Positions 9,157 through 19,408 of a stretch of 64,000 bases of DNA are shown piece by piece. The position numbers and the translations under genes were made by a program. Location: the NCBI GenBank assembly GCA_965197405.1, contig OZ240206.1:1820920-1884919 (forward strand), given 5' to 3'. Source of the DNA: Dehalococcoidia bacterium (GTDB taxonomy: Bacteria; Chloroflexota; Dehalococcoidia; Lucifugimonadales; JAGWBF01). Position 1 is the stretch's first letter. Each line of letters starts with the position of its first letter. Below the pieces are notes generated by a model. It searched no databases and had not been told where the DNA came from. It was given only the letters and a program-made list of their open reading frames with translations.

Positions 9157-10081
9157 GAAACTATCTCAAAACAGCAGTCGGTGCAGACGGCGGTACCAGA
9201 GCAGGGCGCACGCCAGTTGAATCAGGCCCACGTAGTTGGACACCTTTTTGTCATAGCGAACCAGAATCGCCCGGCACTTGGACGGCCAGGCCAAGGTGCG
9301 CTCCACCACCCACCGCCGGGCCGGATAGCGTTTCACCCCGCTGGCGTCCAGTTTCTCCTCCCCTATGCGTCGAATGTGCGCCCGGTATCCCCCGTCAGCC
9401 GCCGCGGCTCGGCCCGTGGGGTTGTCATATCCCTTATCCGGGCACAAGTTCTCTGGGGATTTCCCAGGACCGCCAGGGCGGGCCACGACGATGTCCTCCG
9501 GTGTCTGCCGCAGCAGCTTGGTGTCGTGAACGTTGGCTCCGGCAACCACCACGCTCAGGGGGCCTCCGCTCCCCTCAACCAGAACACTCCGCTTGCTGCC
9601 TGCCTTGGCCCGGTCCGTGGGGTTGGGGCCAATCGCGCCCCCCCAAACAGCGCTTTACCCATGGCGCAATCCGCCGACTGCCATTCCCAGTTCACCCCGC
9701 CCAACTCCTGGCATTCTTCAACCAGGACGGACCAGATTCTCTCCAGCACGCCCAACTCCACCCAGCGCTGGAAGGTCCGGTGGATGGTGCTGTCATCCCC
9801 CAATTCCTTCGGCAGGCGGTTCCACTGGCAGCCGCTGCGCATCCGGAAAATGATGCCCTCCAGCATCCGTCTGGGGGCCACGCGTTGGTGGCCCGTGGCC
9901 TTGGGCGGGTCCAATTCCAGAATTACGGGATGAATCTGCTCCCAGAGATGGCCCGGAATCTCCCAGATCGTCGCCAATGTCTCGGCCTTTCCCATCATCC
10001 ACCACCCTACTGTGTTTACCCCATCTTAACTCGGATGGTGCCCCTCGATCCCGTCTCTACGCCACAATTTGAGATAGTTAC
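9157..10081 (-). mobile_element. IS5-family element related to 5894-6808, possibly decayed
   Basis: TIRs GAAACTATCTCAAA / TTTGAGATAGTTAC, TTA on both sides; ORFs 9555-9998 and 9166-9552; G7 run at junction. Confidence 0.9.
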
Positions 10082-10101
10082 TTAGGCGCGCCCGTACAAG
10101 C

Positions 10102-11868
10102 TCAACGGGGTATGATGGGCAGGACGACGTGGGAGGGGTATAGGGCCGAGTGGTACACCGTCTGCTGGGCCGTTTCCAGTTGTGTCCCCTCTCCAATAGG
10201 CCCGCCCGTGTTGGGATTGCGGTCGAACCGAGGGAAGTTGCTGCTGCTGATTTCCATTCTAATCCGGTGGCCCTTTAGAAACACGTTGCTGGTAGCCCAC
10301 AGATCAATGCTGTACTCGTACACTCGCCCAGGGGTGATGAGCCTGGGGCCGGATGCCGAACCCGCGTACCTGGCCCTAATCACGCCGTCCTGGAGGTTGC
10401 GGGCGTAGCCGTTGGGGTGCACGTCCACCAGCTTGGCGGTGAAGTCGGTGTCCCTGGCGGTGGAGGCGGCAAAGAGCTTGACGACCACAGGCCCCGTGAT
10501 CTCCAGGTCCCGCTCCAGGGGTTCCGATGTGTACACCAGCACGTCCTGGCGCTCCTCTGCGGGCCGTTGGTCGTAGACTCCCTGGGGTATGATGAGGGTG
10601 CAGCCTCCCAGGGTGGGCACGGGGTCTTGAGGGTCGTAGGTGTAGACGTCCGGGTGCTCATCGTCGGGGGGAATAGTGGAGAGGGTGCCGTTGCCGTGGT
10701 AGGTCTTGGCTGCACCGTTGCTGTGGAGGTAGTATCTCGTGTAGTGGGTCCTCGCCAGGGGCCATTCCTGCTCGTCCCTCCACCGGTCCTCTCCCATGAC
10801 GAAGAGGCGCACGGGAGGCTCCTCCATTATTCCCGTCTCCATGTCCTTCAGCCAGTAGTCGAACCAGCTGAGCAGATGGTCATGGAGTTGAATCATCGCT
10901 TCGGGGCCGAAGTCCGCCTCCCCCGTCCCCTGGGAGGTGGGGGACGTGTAGGGGCGCAGGTGGGCCCAGGGGCCGACGAGGAGCTTCTGGCCCATGCGGG
11001 CCTCGGGGCTGCCCCCGCGCTCCCTCATGCCTGCGAAGCCGCGTAGCGCCCCCTCCAGAAATATGTCGTACCAGGAGCTAACGTGGTACATGGGCACCCG
11101 GATGTGCTCCAGGTGCTTCAGAAGATTAAGGCGGGTCCAGTAGGGGCCATAGTCGGGGTTATCGAGGTAGTCCTCGAAGTAGGGGGCCGTCTCCTTGAGC
11201 TTCTCGACCCAGTCGTTGAGGGGCAGGTGGCGGTACCATTCGGGCGTCAGCGGCTGGGCGAAATTGTCCCCGTCCTGCACGTACTCATCCATCTGGGCCA
11301 GCAGCTGCCCCAGCCCCTTACGCTGGAGGGTGTTGCGTCCCTTGAAGATGGCGTAGGGGACCATCCACCCCCACTCCATTGCCCCGCCGGTGTGATAGAC
11401 CCAGCTGGAGTGGTAGTCAGCCGACGCCGAGACCGGGGCCATCGCCTGCAGGTGAGGGGGCAGGGGGTAGTTGAGGGCTATAGCGTACTGGGTCGCCCCA
11501 AGATAGGACTGCCCGGTGGTGCCCACCCGCCCATTGGACCAGGGGAGCCTCGCGGCCCACTCGACGGTGTCGTACCCGTCCTCTATCTCCTGGGTCAAGG
11601 GGTAATAGTCTTCCCCTTCCGAGTCGAAACGCGCCCTGCAGTCCTGGTTGACCACCACGTAGCCGTGGCGGGGGAAGAAGTTCACCGAGTGGTCGGGGTT
11701 CTCGGCGTATGGGTCCTTCCCGTAGGGGCCACGAGTCACCAGCACGGGGAAGCGACCGGGCGCATCCGGGCGAAATACGTCGGCGTACAGGGTGGTCCCG
11801 TCCCGCATCTTCGCCGGGACATTCCTCTCTCGGATGACCCCATACCTGGGCTGAGATTGCCTGGTCAT
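10102..11868 (-). CDS. CocE/NonD family serine hydrolase
   Basis: MRDGTTLYAD, RGPYGK, GQSYLG, GPWAH, SSNFPRFDRN. Confidence 0.92.
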   Translation of the reverse strand: MTRQSQPRYGVIRERNVPAKMRDGTTLYADVFRPDAPGRFPVLVTRGPYGKDPYAENPDHSVNFFPRHGYVVVNQDCRARFDSEGEDYYPLTQEIEDGYDTVEWAARLPWSNGRVGTTGQSYLGATQYAIALNYPLPPHLQAMAPVSASADYHSSWVYHTGGAMEWGWMVPYAIFKGRNTLQRKGLGQLLAQMDEYVQDGDNFAQPLTPEWYRHLPLNDWVEKLKETAPYFEDYLDNPDYGPYWTRLNLLKHLEHIRVPMYHVSSWYDIFLEGALRGFAGMRERGGSPEARMGQKLLVGPWAHLRPYTSPTSQGTGEADFGPEAMIQLHDHLLSWFDYWLKDMETGIMEEPPVRLFVMGEDRWRDEQEWPLARTHYTRYYLHSNGAAKTYHGNGTLSTIPPDDEHPDVYTYDPQDPVPTLGGCTLIIPQGVYDQRPAEERQDVLVYTSEPLERDLEITGPVVVKLFAASTARDTDFTAKLVDVHPNGYARNLQDGVIRARYAGSASGPRLITPGRVYEYSIDLWATSNVFLKGHRIRMEISSSNFPRFDRNPNTGGPIGEGTQLETAQQTVYHSALYPSHVVLPIIPR

Positions 11869-11953
11869 TTTACTCCTCCTGACTCCCCCGGTACGCTCCC
11901 GGCAAGGGCTGATTTCGGGTGGCGTTTTACGGCGCTTTCGGCCAGGACCGGCA

Positions 11954-13084
11954 TCAGCTGAGCCTGTGGACGGGGAATACCAGCTGCTTCAGCTGGTCAA
12001 CACTCTTTTCGGCGAAGCTCCTGGCCTCTCGACTCATGTCGTCCGGGACCGAGACGGGCATCCCGGCGTCCCGCAGCTGCTCCAACCCGTATTTCTCCCG
12101 GTGCAGGGGAGGAATCTCATCGGGCCATTCCCGACCCATCATTACCCCGTAAGCCAGAGTCCAGCACCGGGCCACCGCGCCCAGGTCGTACCCGCCCCCT
12201 CCCATAGCGAGCCAGGGCAGGCCCATCCGGGCGAACTCCCTCACCGCCTCGACAAAGCCCCGCGAGGACAGCAGCAGGTGAGTCAGAGGGTCACTGTAGT
12301 AGCTGTCAATGCCAAGCTGCGTGACCAGCACGTCGGGTTTGAAGGCTTGCACCAAGGGGGGCACTATCTCCCTGAAGGCCCAGAGGTAGGTGTCGTCATC
12401 CGTGTAGGGATAAAAGGGCAGGTTTACGGAGAACCCCCTGCCGGGACCGGAGCCTATCTCGTCCACGGAGCCTGTCCCAGGGAAGAGGAACCTGCCCGAT
12501 TCGTGGAGCGATACGGTCAGCACGCGCTCGGTGTCATAGAAGGCGTTCTGTACGCCGTCGCCGTGGTGAGCGTCAATGTCAACGTAGACGACCCTGAGAC
12601 CCTTGCCGAGGAGGTATTTTATGGCTACTGCCGGGTCGTTGAACACGCAGAAGCCGGAGGCGCTCCCGGCGGCGGCGTGATGCAGGCCGCCGGAGATGTT
12701 GAAGGCCACGTTAGCTCGCCCGCCGTCCACAAGCTCCGCCGCCACGAGGGTCGCCCCCGTGCTCAGGGCAGCAGCCTCGTACATGCCTTCGTATATGGGG
12801 TTATCCCCCCCCGCGCTGAAGTTGAACCTGGAGGAAGCGGGCACCCTTTCGCCGCGGCTAAAGCTCTTCACCGCCTCCACGTACTCGAGGTCGTGGAGGG
12901 CGCATATCTCCTCATCCGTTGCCGGCCTCGGCTCCACAAGGGTGGAGTTCTCTCCATCGAAGGCGTTGTAGGCTTCCAGAAGCTCATAGGTGTGCTGGAG
13001 TCGCACGGGCTTCATGGGGTGGTCGGACCTGAGGACGTGGCGGGAAAGGTCGTTGTTGTAAACAAAGGCGGCTTCTCTGTTCAT
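11954..13084 (-). CDS. acuC: AcuC / histone deacetylase family protein
   Basis: HPMKP-RL, GGLHHA, GFCVFND, DIDAHHGDG, FPGTG, GGGGY. Confidence 0.88.
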   Translation of the reverse strand: MNREAAFVYNNDLSRHVLRSDHPMKPVRLQHTYELLEAYNAFDGENSTLVEPRPATDEEICALHDLEYVEAVKSFSRGERVPASSRFNFSAGGDNPIYEGMYEAAALSTGATLVAAELVDGGRANVAFNISGGLHHAAAGSASGFCVFNDPAVAIKYLLGKGLRVVYVDIDAHHGDGVQNAFYDTERVLTVSLHESGRFLFPGTGSVDEIGSGPGRGFSVNLPFYPYTDDDTYLWAFREIVPPLVQAFKPDVLVTQLGIDSYYSDPLTHLLLSSRGFVEAVREFARMGLPWLAMGGGGYDLGAVARCWTLAYGVMMGREWPDEIPPLHREKYGLEQLRDAGMPVSVPDDMSREARSFAEKSVDQLKQLVFPVHRLS

Positions 13085-13560
13085 AGCTCTCCATTCCGAA
13101 GCTGGGCCAGGTCCCTGCGCATATTGGCCCAATGGCTGCCCGGCCAGTATATCTTGCGACAGAGGGGGCATTCCATAAACCCTTCCTGTGTCTCATAAAC
13201 GTAAGGAGGGACCTGCTCCTTCACTGACTCCCTCGAAATGTCCACCAGTGACTCGTTGCAGCGGATGCACCTGGAGAACTCCCTTGAGCTATCGAGGTTG
13301 AGGGAGCTGATTACCTGGCGAAGCTGGCCCTTCAAATCGTCGTGCTGGACCAGCACCGCCTTCAAACGGCCGGTGGTCACAAGGCGTCTCCCGGTGATGC
13401 CGCTGTCCCTGGTCACAATTATGCGGTCTTCTCGAAGGGCAATACGCACCAACTCGTTGTCTTCCATGTTGGACGGGAAGAGGGCATCGTAGCCCATAAC
13501 TCGCAGCCACTTGGCAAGCCTGCCAACATTCAGGTCTACGACAAATCTGGGCTCGTTCAT
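13081..13560 (-). CDS. Mut7-C RNase domain protein (PIN plus Zn ribbon)
   Basis: LAKWLR-MGYD, RI-VTRD, RCIRCN...CPLC-KIYWPGSH. Confidence 0.88.
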   Translation of the reverse strand: MNEPRFVVDLNVGRLAKWLRVMGYDALFPSNMEDNELVRIALREDRIIVTRDSGITGRRLVTTGRLKAVLVQHDDLKGQLRQVISSLNLDSSREFSRCIRCNESLVDISRESVKEQVPPYVYETQEGFMECPLCRKIYWPGSHWANMRRDLAQLRNGEL

Positions 13561-13877
13561 AGCTGCATGCAGGGTTGTTTCATTGTCACCCCGAGCGAAG
13601 CGAGGGGTCTAAAGACCTGGCTGGGCACGGTGAGCCGGGCCTCCTTGTTGAAGATGGGAAAGCGCAGCACCAGAAAGAGATAGTCGTCGTAGTCGTCCAC
13701 CTTGGGAAGCTGGACCCGGCTGAGGCAGTCATCGAGGGCGAGGGGATGAAAATCGTAGGTCCTCTTGAGGTACTCCATCTCCGCAAGGGTCGGCATCTCC
13801 ACGTCGAGCCAGGAGACGGACTCGTGTGCTATCTTCTTTACGCTAACTTGTTGTTGGGCCTGCCCCAGCGTAGTCAT
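13557..13877 (-). pseudogene. corA: Truncated CorA Mg/Co transporter (N-terminus only)
   Basis: WLD, FHPLALDDC...QLPKVDDYDDYLF; homology stops at the repeat 13570-13617; no GMN motif or TM helices. Confidence 0.8.
13570..13617. repeat. Half copy of family A MITE
   Basis: CAGGGTTGTTTCATTGTCACCCCGAGCGAAGCGAGGGGTCT matches reverse complement of the end at 53521. Confidence 0.75.
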
Positions 13878-14033
13878 AGTTTACCGGCTATCTATCGGAG
13901 AGATTCGAGGGACGGACGACACATGAACGCCAGCGTGTCTGCGCTAGTTGAGTCTAGTGAAATTCCGCCCGGCGGTCAAGGTGCACGCGTCCCTTCGCGT
14001 ATTCTGGAATACGCATATAGTATACTACTAGCA

Positions 14034-14190
14034 CAGGGGCTTCAATTCTCGACGCCAGATGAATACAGGCCCCCGCCGCGTGTCATTCCGAGCGCAGCGA
14101 GGAATCTAAAATGCTTGGATAGCAGCACGCCTAAGAAGGCAAGGACTTTAGACCCCTCGCTTCGCTCGGGGTGACAATCGAAAGGCCCTG
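14034..14190. mobile_element. Family A MITE
   Basis: Ends CAGGGGCTTCAATT / AATCGAAAGGCCCTG; flanks ACTACTAGCA / ACTGCTAGTG; close match to 28692-28872. Confidence 0.75.
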
Positions 14191-14241
14191 ACTGCTAGTG
14201 TGTCTCTGTTGGTATTGAATTTCTTTACTGAAGGAGGGTGC

Positions 14242-14616
14242 ATGACTACGGATGAGAAACAGGCGTACATAGAGAAGATTCAGAGGGAGCGGGGCTATGT
14301 GCTTGAGATGCACAGGATCATGGTGGAAGCGGACCTGGAATGGGTCAAAGCCTACGACCCCTTCATAGAGGCCAGCTACACGGGCCAGCGACTCCTCGAC
14401 CGCAAGACGAAGGAGCTACTACAGATTGCGGTGGAGTCGGCCCTGAGGGCGGACGTGGAGCAAATCCAGGCCCATGTGAGGGTGGCCCTGAACAACGGCG
14501 CCACGCCCCGGGAGATACTGGAGGCCCTGCAATCGGTGGTGATGCCTATGGGTATGCTGGCCTTCCGGCGGGGCCTCCAGGCCCTGGTCGCCGAGGTGGA
14601 CATCCAGGAGATATAG
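14242..14616 (+). CDS. Carboxymuconolactone decarboxylase (CMD/AhpD-like) protein
   Basis: LDRKTKELL...HVRVALNNGATPREILEAL; AGGAGG RBS. Confidence 0.85.
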   Translation: MTTDEKQAYIEKIQRERGYVLEMHRIMVEADLEWVKAYDPFIEASYTGQRLLDRKTKELLQIAVESALRADVEQIQAHVRVALNNGATPREILEALQSVVMPMGMLAFRRGLQALVAEVDIQEI

Positions 14617-14708
14617 ATACGGGGTAGATAAAGGACGCTCCGGCTGCCCATTCGCTCCTGACAAAAGCCAAGAGAAAGACTGGCCCGGGGTATAGGGGCC
14701 GGCCCCGT

Positions 14709-15491
14709 CTATTCCTCGGCCACGACATAGTTTCTGAGGGTGCCGATGCCGCTAATCTCCACCTCTATCACGTCCCCGGACGTCATGTTCTCCGTAGCGC
14801 CCTCGGTGCCCATCCACAGCACGTCGCCGGGATAGAGGGTTATGTACTTGCTAATCTCGCTGATGTAGGTTGCCGTATCGAAGATCATGGTCCCGGTGTT
14901 GAACTGGGAGATGGTCTTGCCGTTCAACCGTATGGTGGTCTCGAGGTCGGTCGGGTCCAGGCCGGTGGCGATCCAGGGACCCATAGGCTTGAAGGTGTCG
15001 GAGTTCTTGGCCCGCCACATGGTACGGTCATCCCGCTGCCAGGCGCGCTCGCTGATGTCGTTGCCTATGGTATAGCCCAGGACGCAACTCAGGGCATCCT
15101 CCTTCGATAGATGCTTGGCCTTCTTGCCGATAACGGCTACCAGCTCTCCCTCGTACTGGAACTCCCCCGAGGAGTCCTTGGGCATGATGATGTTCTCCTC
15201 GTGGGCTATGATGGCGTTTACAGCCCTGTACCCCACGTCCGCCTTCTTGGGTATGTTGGGCTGCGTACCCGCATGCTGCGCCGCCCAGGTGATATGCTCC
15301 GGGTAATTGATGCCTGCGGCATAGAATGTGGGCGGGATAACGGGCGCCAGCAGCTTCACCTCGCTCAGAGGATGGCTGGTGGAGGTCGCAGTATAGGTCG
15401 CGAAGGGACTGCCCGAGACCTCGGCCACTCTGTCCTCCTCTATTATCCCGTAGCTGACCTTTTGACCTGCCTGGAAGCGGCACCATTTCAT
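14709..15491 (-). CDS. Fumarylacetoacetate hydrolase family protein
   Basis: GINY-EH, YEGELVAVIGK, GYTIGNDIS, AKNSDTF, TLYPGDV. Confidence 0.92.
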   Translation of the reverse strand: MKWCRFQAGQKVSYGIIEEDRVAEVSGSPFATYTATSTSHPLSEVKLLAPVIPPTFYAAGINYPEHITWAAQHAGTQPNIPKKADVGYRAVNAIIAHEENIIMPKDSSGEFQYEGELVAVIGKKAKHLSKEDALSCVLGYTIGNDISERAWQRDDRTMWRAKNSDTFKPMGPWIATGLDPTDLETTIRLNGKTISQFNTGTMIFDTATYISEISKYITLYPGDVLWMGTEGATENMTSGDVIEVEISGIGTLRNYVVAEE

Positions 15492-15694
15492 AGTCTTTTC
15501 CTCTCTATCTGGTCTATCTGGCGAGTCCCGACGCGCAAGTTGGAAGCATTTCCCATTTTCACACTCAGCCCCCCTGCGGTCAAGCGGTGTGGCAGATAAC
15601 CAGCGCTTGACGGCCCTGGGAGGCGTCACTACAATTGCCCTCATCAGGCCCCCATCCGGCCCCGTCAGTCCCATCAGTGAGGAGGTGGCTTCAC

Positions 15695-16528
15695 ATGGCG
15701 ATCACCATAGGCATGGGCCAATACGTCTACGAGTATCACGGCGATTGGGCGCGACTCCCCCGGGGACAGAGCTTTCAGGTCCCCAGCGCAGTGGCCGTGG
15801 ACTCCCAGGATAGGGTATACGTGTTTCAGCGAAGCGGTCCGCCCGTCATGGTCTTCGACCGGGACGGGTACTTCCTGGACGCATGGCCCCGGCGCTCCGG
15901 AGAGTTGGAGGACGCCCATCACATCTACATCAGCCCTGACGACCACGTATTTCTTGCCGATAGGGACGCCCACCAGGTGTTGAAGTACACCACCGGGGGA
16001 GAGCTGCTGATGGCCCTTGGGACTCGTCACAGGGCCTCGCTGCAGGAGCCTTTCAACCACCCTGCCGATATAGCGGTCGCGCCTTCCGGAGACATATACG
16101 TCTCGGACGGCTACGGCAATTCCAGCGTGCACAGGTTCTCGCCGGACGGCACGTACATCTCCTCCTTCGGCAGCCCGGGCAGCGGCCCGGGGCAGTTCAA
16201 GGTCCCCCACAGCCTGCGCGTGTCCAGGGATGGCCGGGTGTTCGTGTGCGACCGGGAGAACGACCGCGTGCAGGTGTTCACCGGGGACGGCGAATACGTC
16301 ACCCAGTGGACGGACTTCAAAGGGCCGATGGGCATACACATTGACTCCAACCAGATTGCCTACGTCACCGACCAGGTCCCCCGCCTGAGCGTACTCAACC
16401 TCGATGGAGAGCTGCTGGCGCGGGGACGCACCTTCGAGTTCGGGCACAATGTGTACGGCGACTCCCGGGGGGACCTCTACGCCGTTGACGTGGCAAACCA
16501 GAGGCTACAGAAGTTCGCCAAGGTATAA
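15695..16528 (+). CDS. NHL-repeat beta-propeller (PAL-like) protein
   Basis: FNHPADIAV-PSGDIYVSDGYGN, GPGQFKVPH, DRENDRVQVF. Confidence 0.88.
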   Translation: MAITIGMGQYVYEYHGDWARLPRGQSFQVPSAVAVDSQDRVYVFQRSGPPVMVFDRDGYFLDAWPRRSGELEDAHHIYISPDDHVFLADRDAHQVLKYTTGGELLMALGTRHRASLQEPFNHPADIAVAPSGDIYVSDGYGNSSVHRFSPDGTYISSFGSPGSGPGQFKVPHSLRVSRDGRVFVCDRENDRVQVFTGDGEYVTQWTDFKGPMGIHIDSNQIAYVTDQVPRLSVLNLDGELLARGRTFEFGHNVYGDSRGDLYAVDVANQRLQKFAKV

Positions 16529-16589
16529 CGGCCAGGCGGGGGGCTTCGCCAAAGCAGGGCGGGTACGGCGGGTGTGCCCGCCGCGCGGT

Positions 16590-16895
16590 TCATAGGAAAT
16601 GCTAGTTGGCCTTCCCACCGTCACTCCCGCTTTCGCGGGAGTCCAGGGGCGGCGGGGACATGGATAGCCGTTCCCCGTTTGCACGGAGACAAGCTTCACG
16701 GGTATGACGAAGGGTATTTTCATGGTAATACAGGTCCCCATCGCACGTCATTCCGAACGGGGCACTTCGACAAGCTCAGGATAAACTGCACGGAGTGAGG
16801 AATATCAAGGGTAGGCTTATTCGAGAGCATGGATTTTTAGATTCCTCGCTGCGCTCGGAATGGCATCAGAGGGGTTGTAGGCTATTTTCATAGTG
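16590..16895. repeat. Composite repeat tract: two family C units ending ATTTTCAT
   Basis: ACTCCCGCTTTCGCGGGAGT unit like 25653-25792; second unit has the core also seen at 20050 and 37360. Confidence 0.65.
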
Positions 16896-17904
16896 AGCCG
16901 TCGAAGGAGCGCAGCTTGAGGTGCCTGTCGAAAAACTCGACCATTCGCCGGCAATACTCCTCCCGGTGGTCGTTGATCCCATTGACATGCTGGCTGCCCT
17001 CCACAAGCCACAGCTCTTTCGGTTCACGGGCCGCGGCCAAGAGGGTCTCGCTGTTGCCCGGCGACAGGAACTTGTCCTCCATCCCGTGAATCAAGAGGAC
17101 GGCCCTCGGGCTGATAGCGGGTATGTCGTCCTTCGGCACCACGCCATCGGGGGAGATTCCCAGCCGCCACCTGATAATCTGGACGGCGACGGGGGCGCAG
17201 GGGAAGGTCGGCAGGCCGGTGACGGTGGTGAAGGCTTCCTTCACCACCTTGGACGCGGACTCGTAGGGAGAATCCGCGATGGTGGCCTTTATCTCCGGCG
17301 TCTTGGCCGCAGCGAGTATGGCCGCCACCGCTCCCATAGATATGCCAAGGCTGCCCAGGCGCTCCGTGTCCACGTCAGGCCGGGTCTTCAGGTACTCCAC
17401 GGCAGCCACCGCGTCCCGCTGCTCGTAGAAACCCAGGGTCACGGCGTCGCCGTCGCTGTCCCCGCTGCTGCGAAAGTCGAAGAGAAACACCGAATAACCG
17501 GCGCGGTTCAAAACGTCGGCGTGGTCCAACATCTGCTGACGGCGGCACCCATAGCCATGCAGGAGCAAAATAGTCCCGACGCTCTGCCCGGGAATGAACC
17601 ACCCGACCCGCCGGCCATCTCCCGGTACTGGGAAGGACACAAGCTGGGCTGCCGCCTGCAAAGCCGGATAGTCCTCCAGCCCAGGCATGTCCTCGCACGG
17701 TGGCGGGTGGACAGCCTTGTCCGCCGCAACCCAGCAGACCCTACCCAGGAGCAGCGCGTAAAGGACGACCAGCCCCCCGGCAGAGACGGCCAACGCTGCG
17801 AGCGTGACAGGCCCCCCCCCGGTTGCCGACAGGACCGCGATGGCGGCTACCAGGCCGGCGAGGCCCATGCTCATAGCCAGCGTTACGGCTCGCAGTGGCC
17901 TCAA
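16888..17904 (-). CDS. Membrane-anchored alpha/beta hydrolase
   Basis: Hydrophobic N-terminus, LLHGY, GISMGA, IHGMED, GSQH. Confidence 0.85.
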   Translation of the reverse strand: MRPLRAVTLAMSMGLAGLVAAIAVLSATGGGPVTLAALAVSAGGLVVLYALLLGRVCWVAADKAVHPPPCEDMPGLEDYPALQAAAQLVSFPVPGDGRRVGWFIPGQSVGTILLLHGYGCRRQQMLDHADVLNRAGYSVFLFDFRSSGDSDGDAVTLGFYEQRDAVAAVEYLKTRPDVDTERLGSLGISMGAVAAILAAAKTPEIKATIADSPYESASKVVKEAFTTVTGLPTFPCAPVAVQIIRWRLGISPDGVVPKDDIPAISPRAVLLIHGMEDKFLSPGNSETLLAAAREPKELWLVEGSQHVNGINDHREEYCRRMVEFFDRHLKLRSFDGSL

Positions 17905-17922
17905 CCCTGTCTTCCCCCAAGA

Positions 17923-18558
17923 CTATCGCCCATCTGTTGAGCGGACCTTGTAATAGAGCTTGGGTTCCGTACCCTGGACCACGTTCTTCAAACGCGGCGC
18001 GTGCCGGATGAACACCAGGACCGCCAGGGCGTCGGTGAAGGGGGTCACCTCCGGGGAGATGAAGTGGGCCACAATAGCGGCGACGACTGTGCCCATGATC
18101 TGGCCCAATACCATCAATCGCGTGGTGAGCATGGTGGCGAAGAAGGCCCCGACCCATACCGGGACCAGCAGGGGAGCAAAGTAGAGAAGGAAGGGGGTGG
18201 AGGTCGCTATACCCTTGCCGCCCTTGAACTTGAGAAACACGGAGTAGTTATGGCCAGCCACGGCCAGAACGCCACCGACGGCGGCGCCCGTCTGCGGGTC
18301 CACGCCGAGGGCCTGGGCCATATACCTGCCTACGAAGAGCGCCGCCGCCCCCTTCAGCATGTCGCCTGCCAGCACCAACATGGTCAGGGGCTTGGAGTTG
18401 GTGGCCCTGTGGGTGTTCATAGTCCCCACGTTGGCGGTGCCGTAGTCGAGGATGTTTTTCCCGGCAAAGCGCTTGACGACCATGTAGGCGGTGGGGAATG
18501 CGCCCAGAAGATAACCGGCGACGGCTATCGCTATATACGCGCCTACCTCGCCGTACAT
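17923..18558 (-). CDS. plsY: Glycerol-3-phosphate acyltransferase PlsY-like
   Basis: GYLLGAFP, GT-NVG--N, DMLKG, GHNYSVFLKFKGGKG-AT, RH--R. Confidence 0.85.
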   Translation of the reverse strand: MYGEVGAYIAIAVAGYLLGAFPTAYMVVKRFAGKNILDYGTANVGTMNTHRATNSKPLTMLVLAGDMLKGAAALFVGRYMAQALGVDPQTGAAVGGVLAVAGHNYSVFLKFKGGKGIATSTPFLLYFAPLLVPVWVGAFFATMLTTRLMVLGQIMGTVVAAIVAHFISPEVTPFTDALAVLVFIRHAPRLKNVVQGTEPKLYYKVRSTDGR

Positions 18559-18704
18559 GGATACCTCTCACGGGACACGCCGACCTGCTGGTGGAAGTCG
18601 TCATGAGGGGCGGCGGGTCCTGGCCTCACTACCGGCCCTCCCGGGCTGGTCCCTTCAACCATTGGCATTGGCAGCTTTGTCATGGGTCGTTAGCATTGTG
18701 GACT

Positions 18705-19334
18705 TCAAGGGGATGGCCCGGGGACTTCCCCAGTCCCGATCATGCTGTCACGGGTGACCAGCGCCGCCAGGGCCTCCTCGCCCATGTTTCCGGTCCCTGC
18801 CGGCCGCCTGGGCAAGACCAGATACCGCACCTCGGCGGTGGCGTCCACCACCCGGACCTCCACCCTATCGTCTATCTCAAGGCCGAACTCCCTCAAGACG
18901 GCGCGCGGCTCCCTGACCGCCCGCGACCTGTAAACCTCGCTCTTGTACCACTCAGGGGGCGGGCCCAGCAGGGGTATGGGGTAGCAGGAACACAGGGTGC
19001 ACACGGCAAGGTAGTGGACTGAATCCGTGTTCTCCACCACCTGAACGTTCTGGAGGCGTTTGGGGATGGCGATACCCATTTCGCCCAGGGCTTCCTTGCC
19101 GTTCTTCAGCAGGCGCTGCTTGAAATCGGCGTCAAGCCAGGCCCTGGCAATCACCCTGGCCCCAATGGAGGGGTCCTGCTCTTCGCCCTCCTTGAGGACA
19201 TCCAGGATCTCCTGGGCCGTTATGATTCCCTTGTCCATGAGAAGGTTGCTCAGGGCGATGATGCGCTTCTCGTAGTAGGTCTCCTCGTGGTCCTCCAGAG
19301 GGATGTGTAATGGGTCGTGGTCAACCTCGGCCAT
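18705..19334 (-). CDS. nthA: Nitrile hydratase alpha subunit (Co-type motif)
   Basis: VCTLCSCYP, GARVIARAW-D, PPEWYKS--YRSRAVREPR, VTRDSMIG. Confidence 0.92.
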   Translation of the reverse strand: MAEVDHDPLHIPLEDHEETYYEKRIIALSNLLMDKGIITAQEILDVLKEGEEQDPSIGARVIARAWLDADFKQRLLKNGKEALGEMGIAIPKRLQNVQVVENTDSVHYLAVCTLCSCYPIPLLGPPPEWYKSEVYRSRAVREPRAVLREFGLEIDDRVEVRVVDATAEVRYLVLPRRPAGTGNMGEEALAALVTRDSMIGTGEVPGPSP

Positions 19335-19408
19335 CGGTTCCCCTCCTTGGCTGAAAAATGGGGGCTGAAAAATGCGGAAGTCCCGTTGGGCGGAGACGCC
19401 GGGTGTGG

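Noticed and set aside
13575-14174. ORFs with CHPERSEGS, VIPSAARNL or FRPLASLGVT peptides (also 4230-4961, 54505-55026, 56033-56332)
   Set aside because: Translations of the repeat cores, not genes
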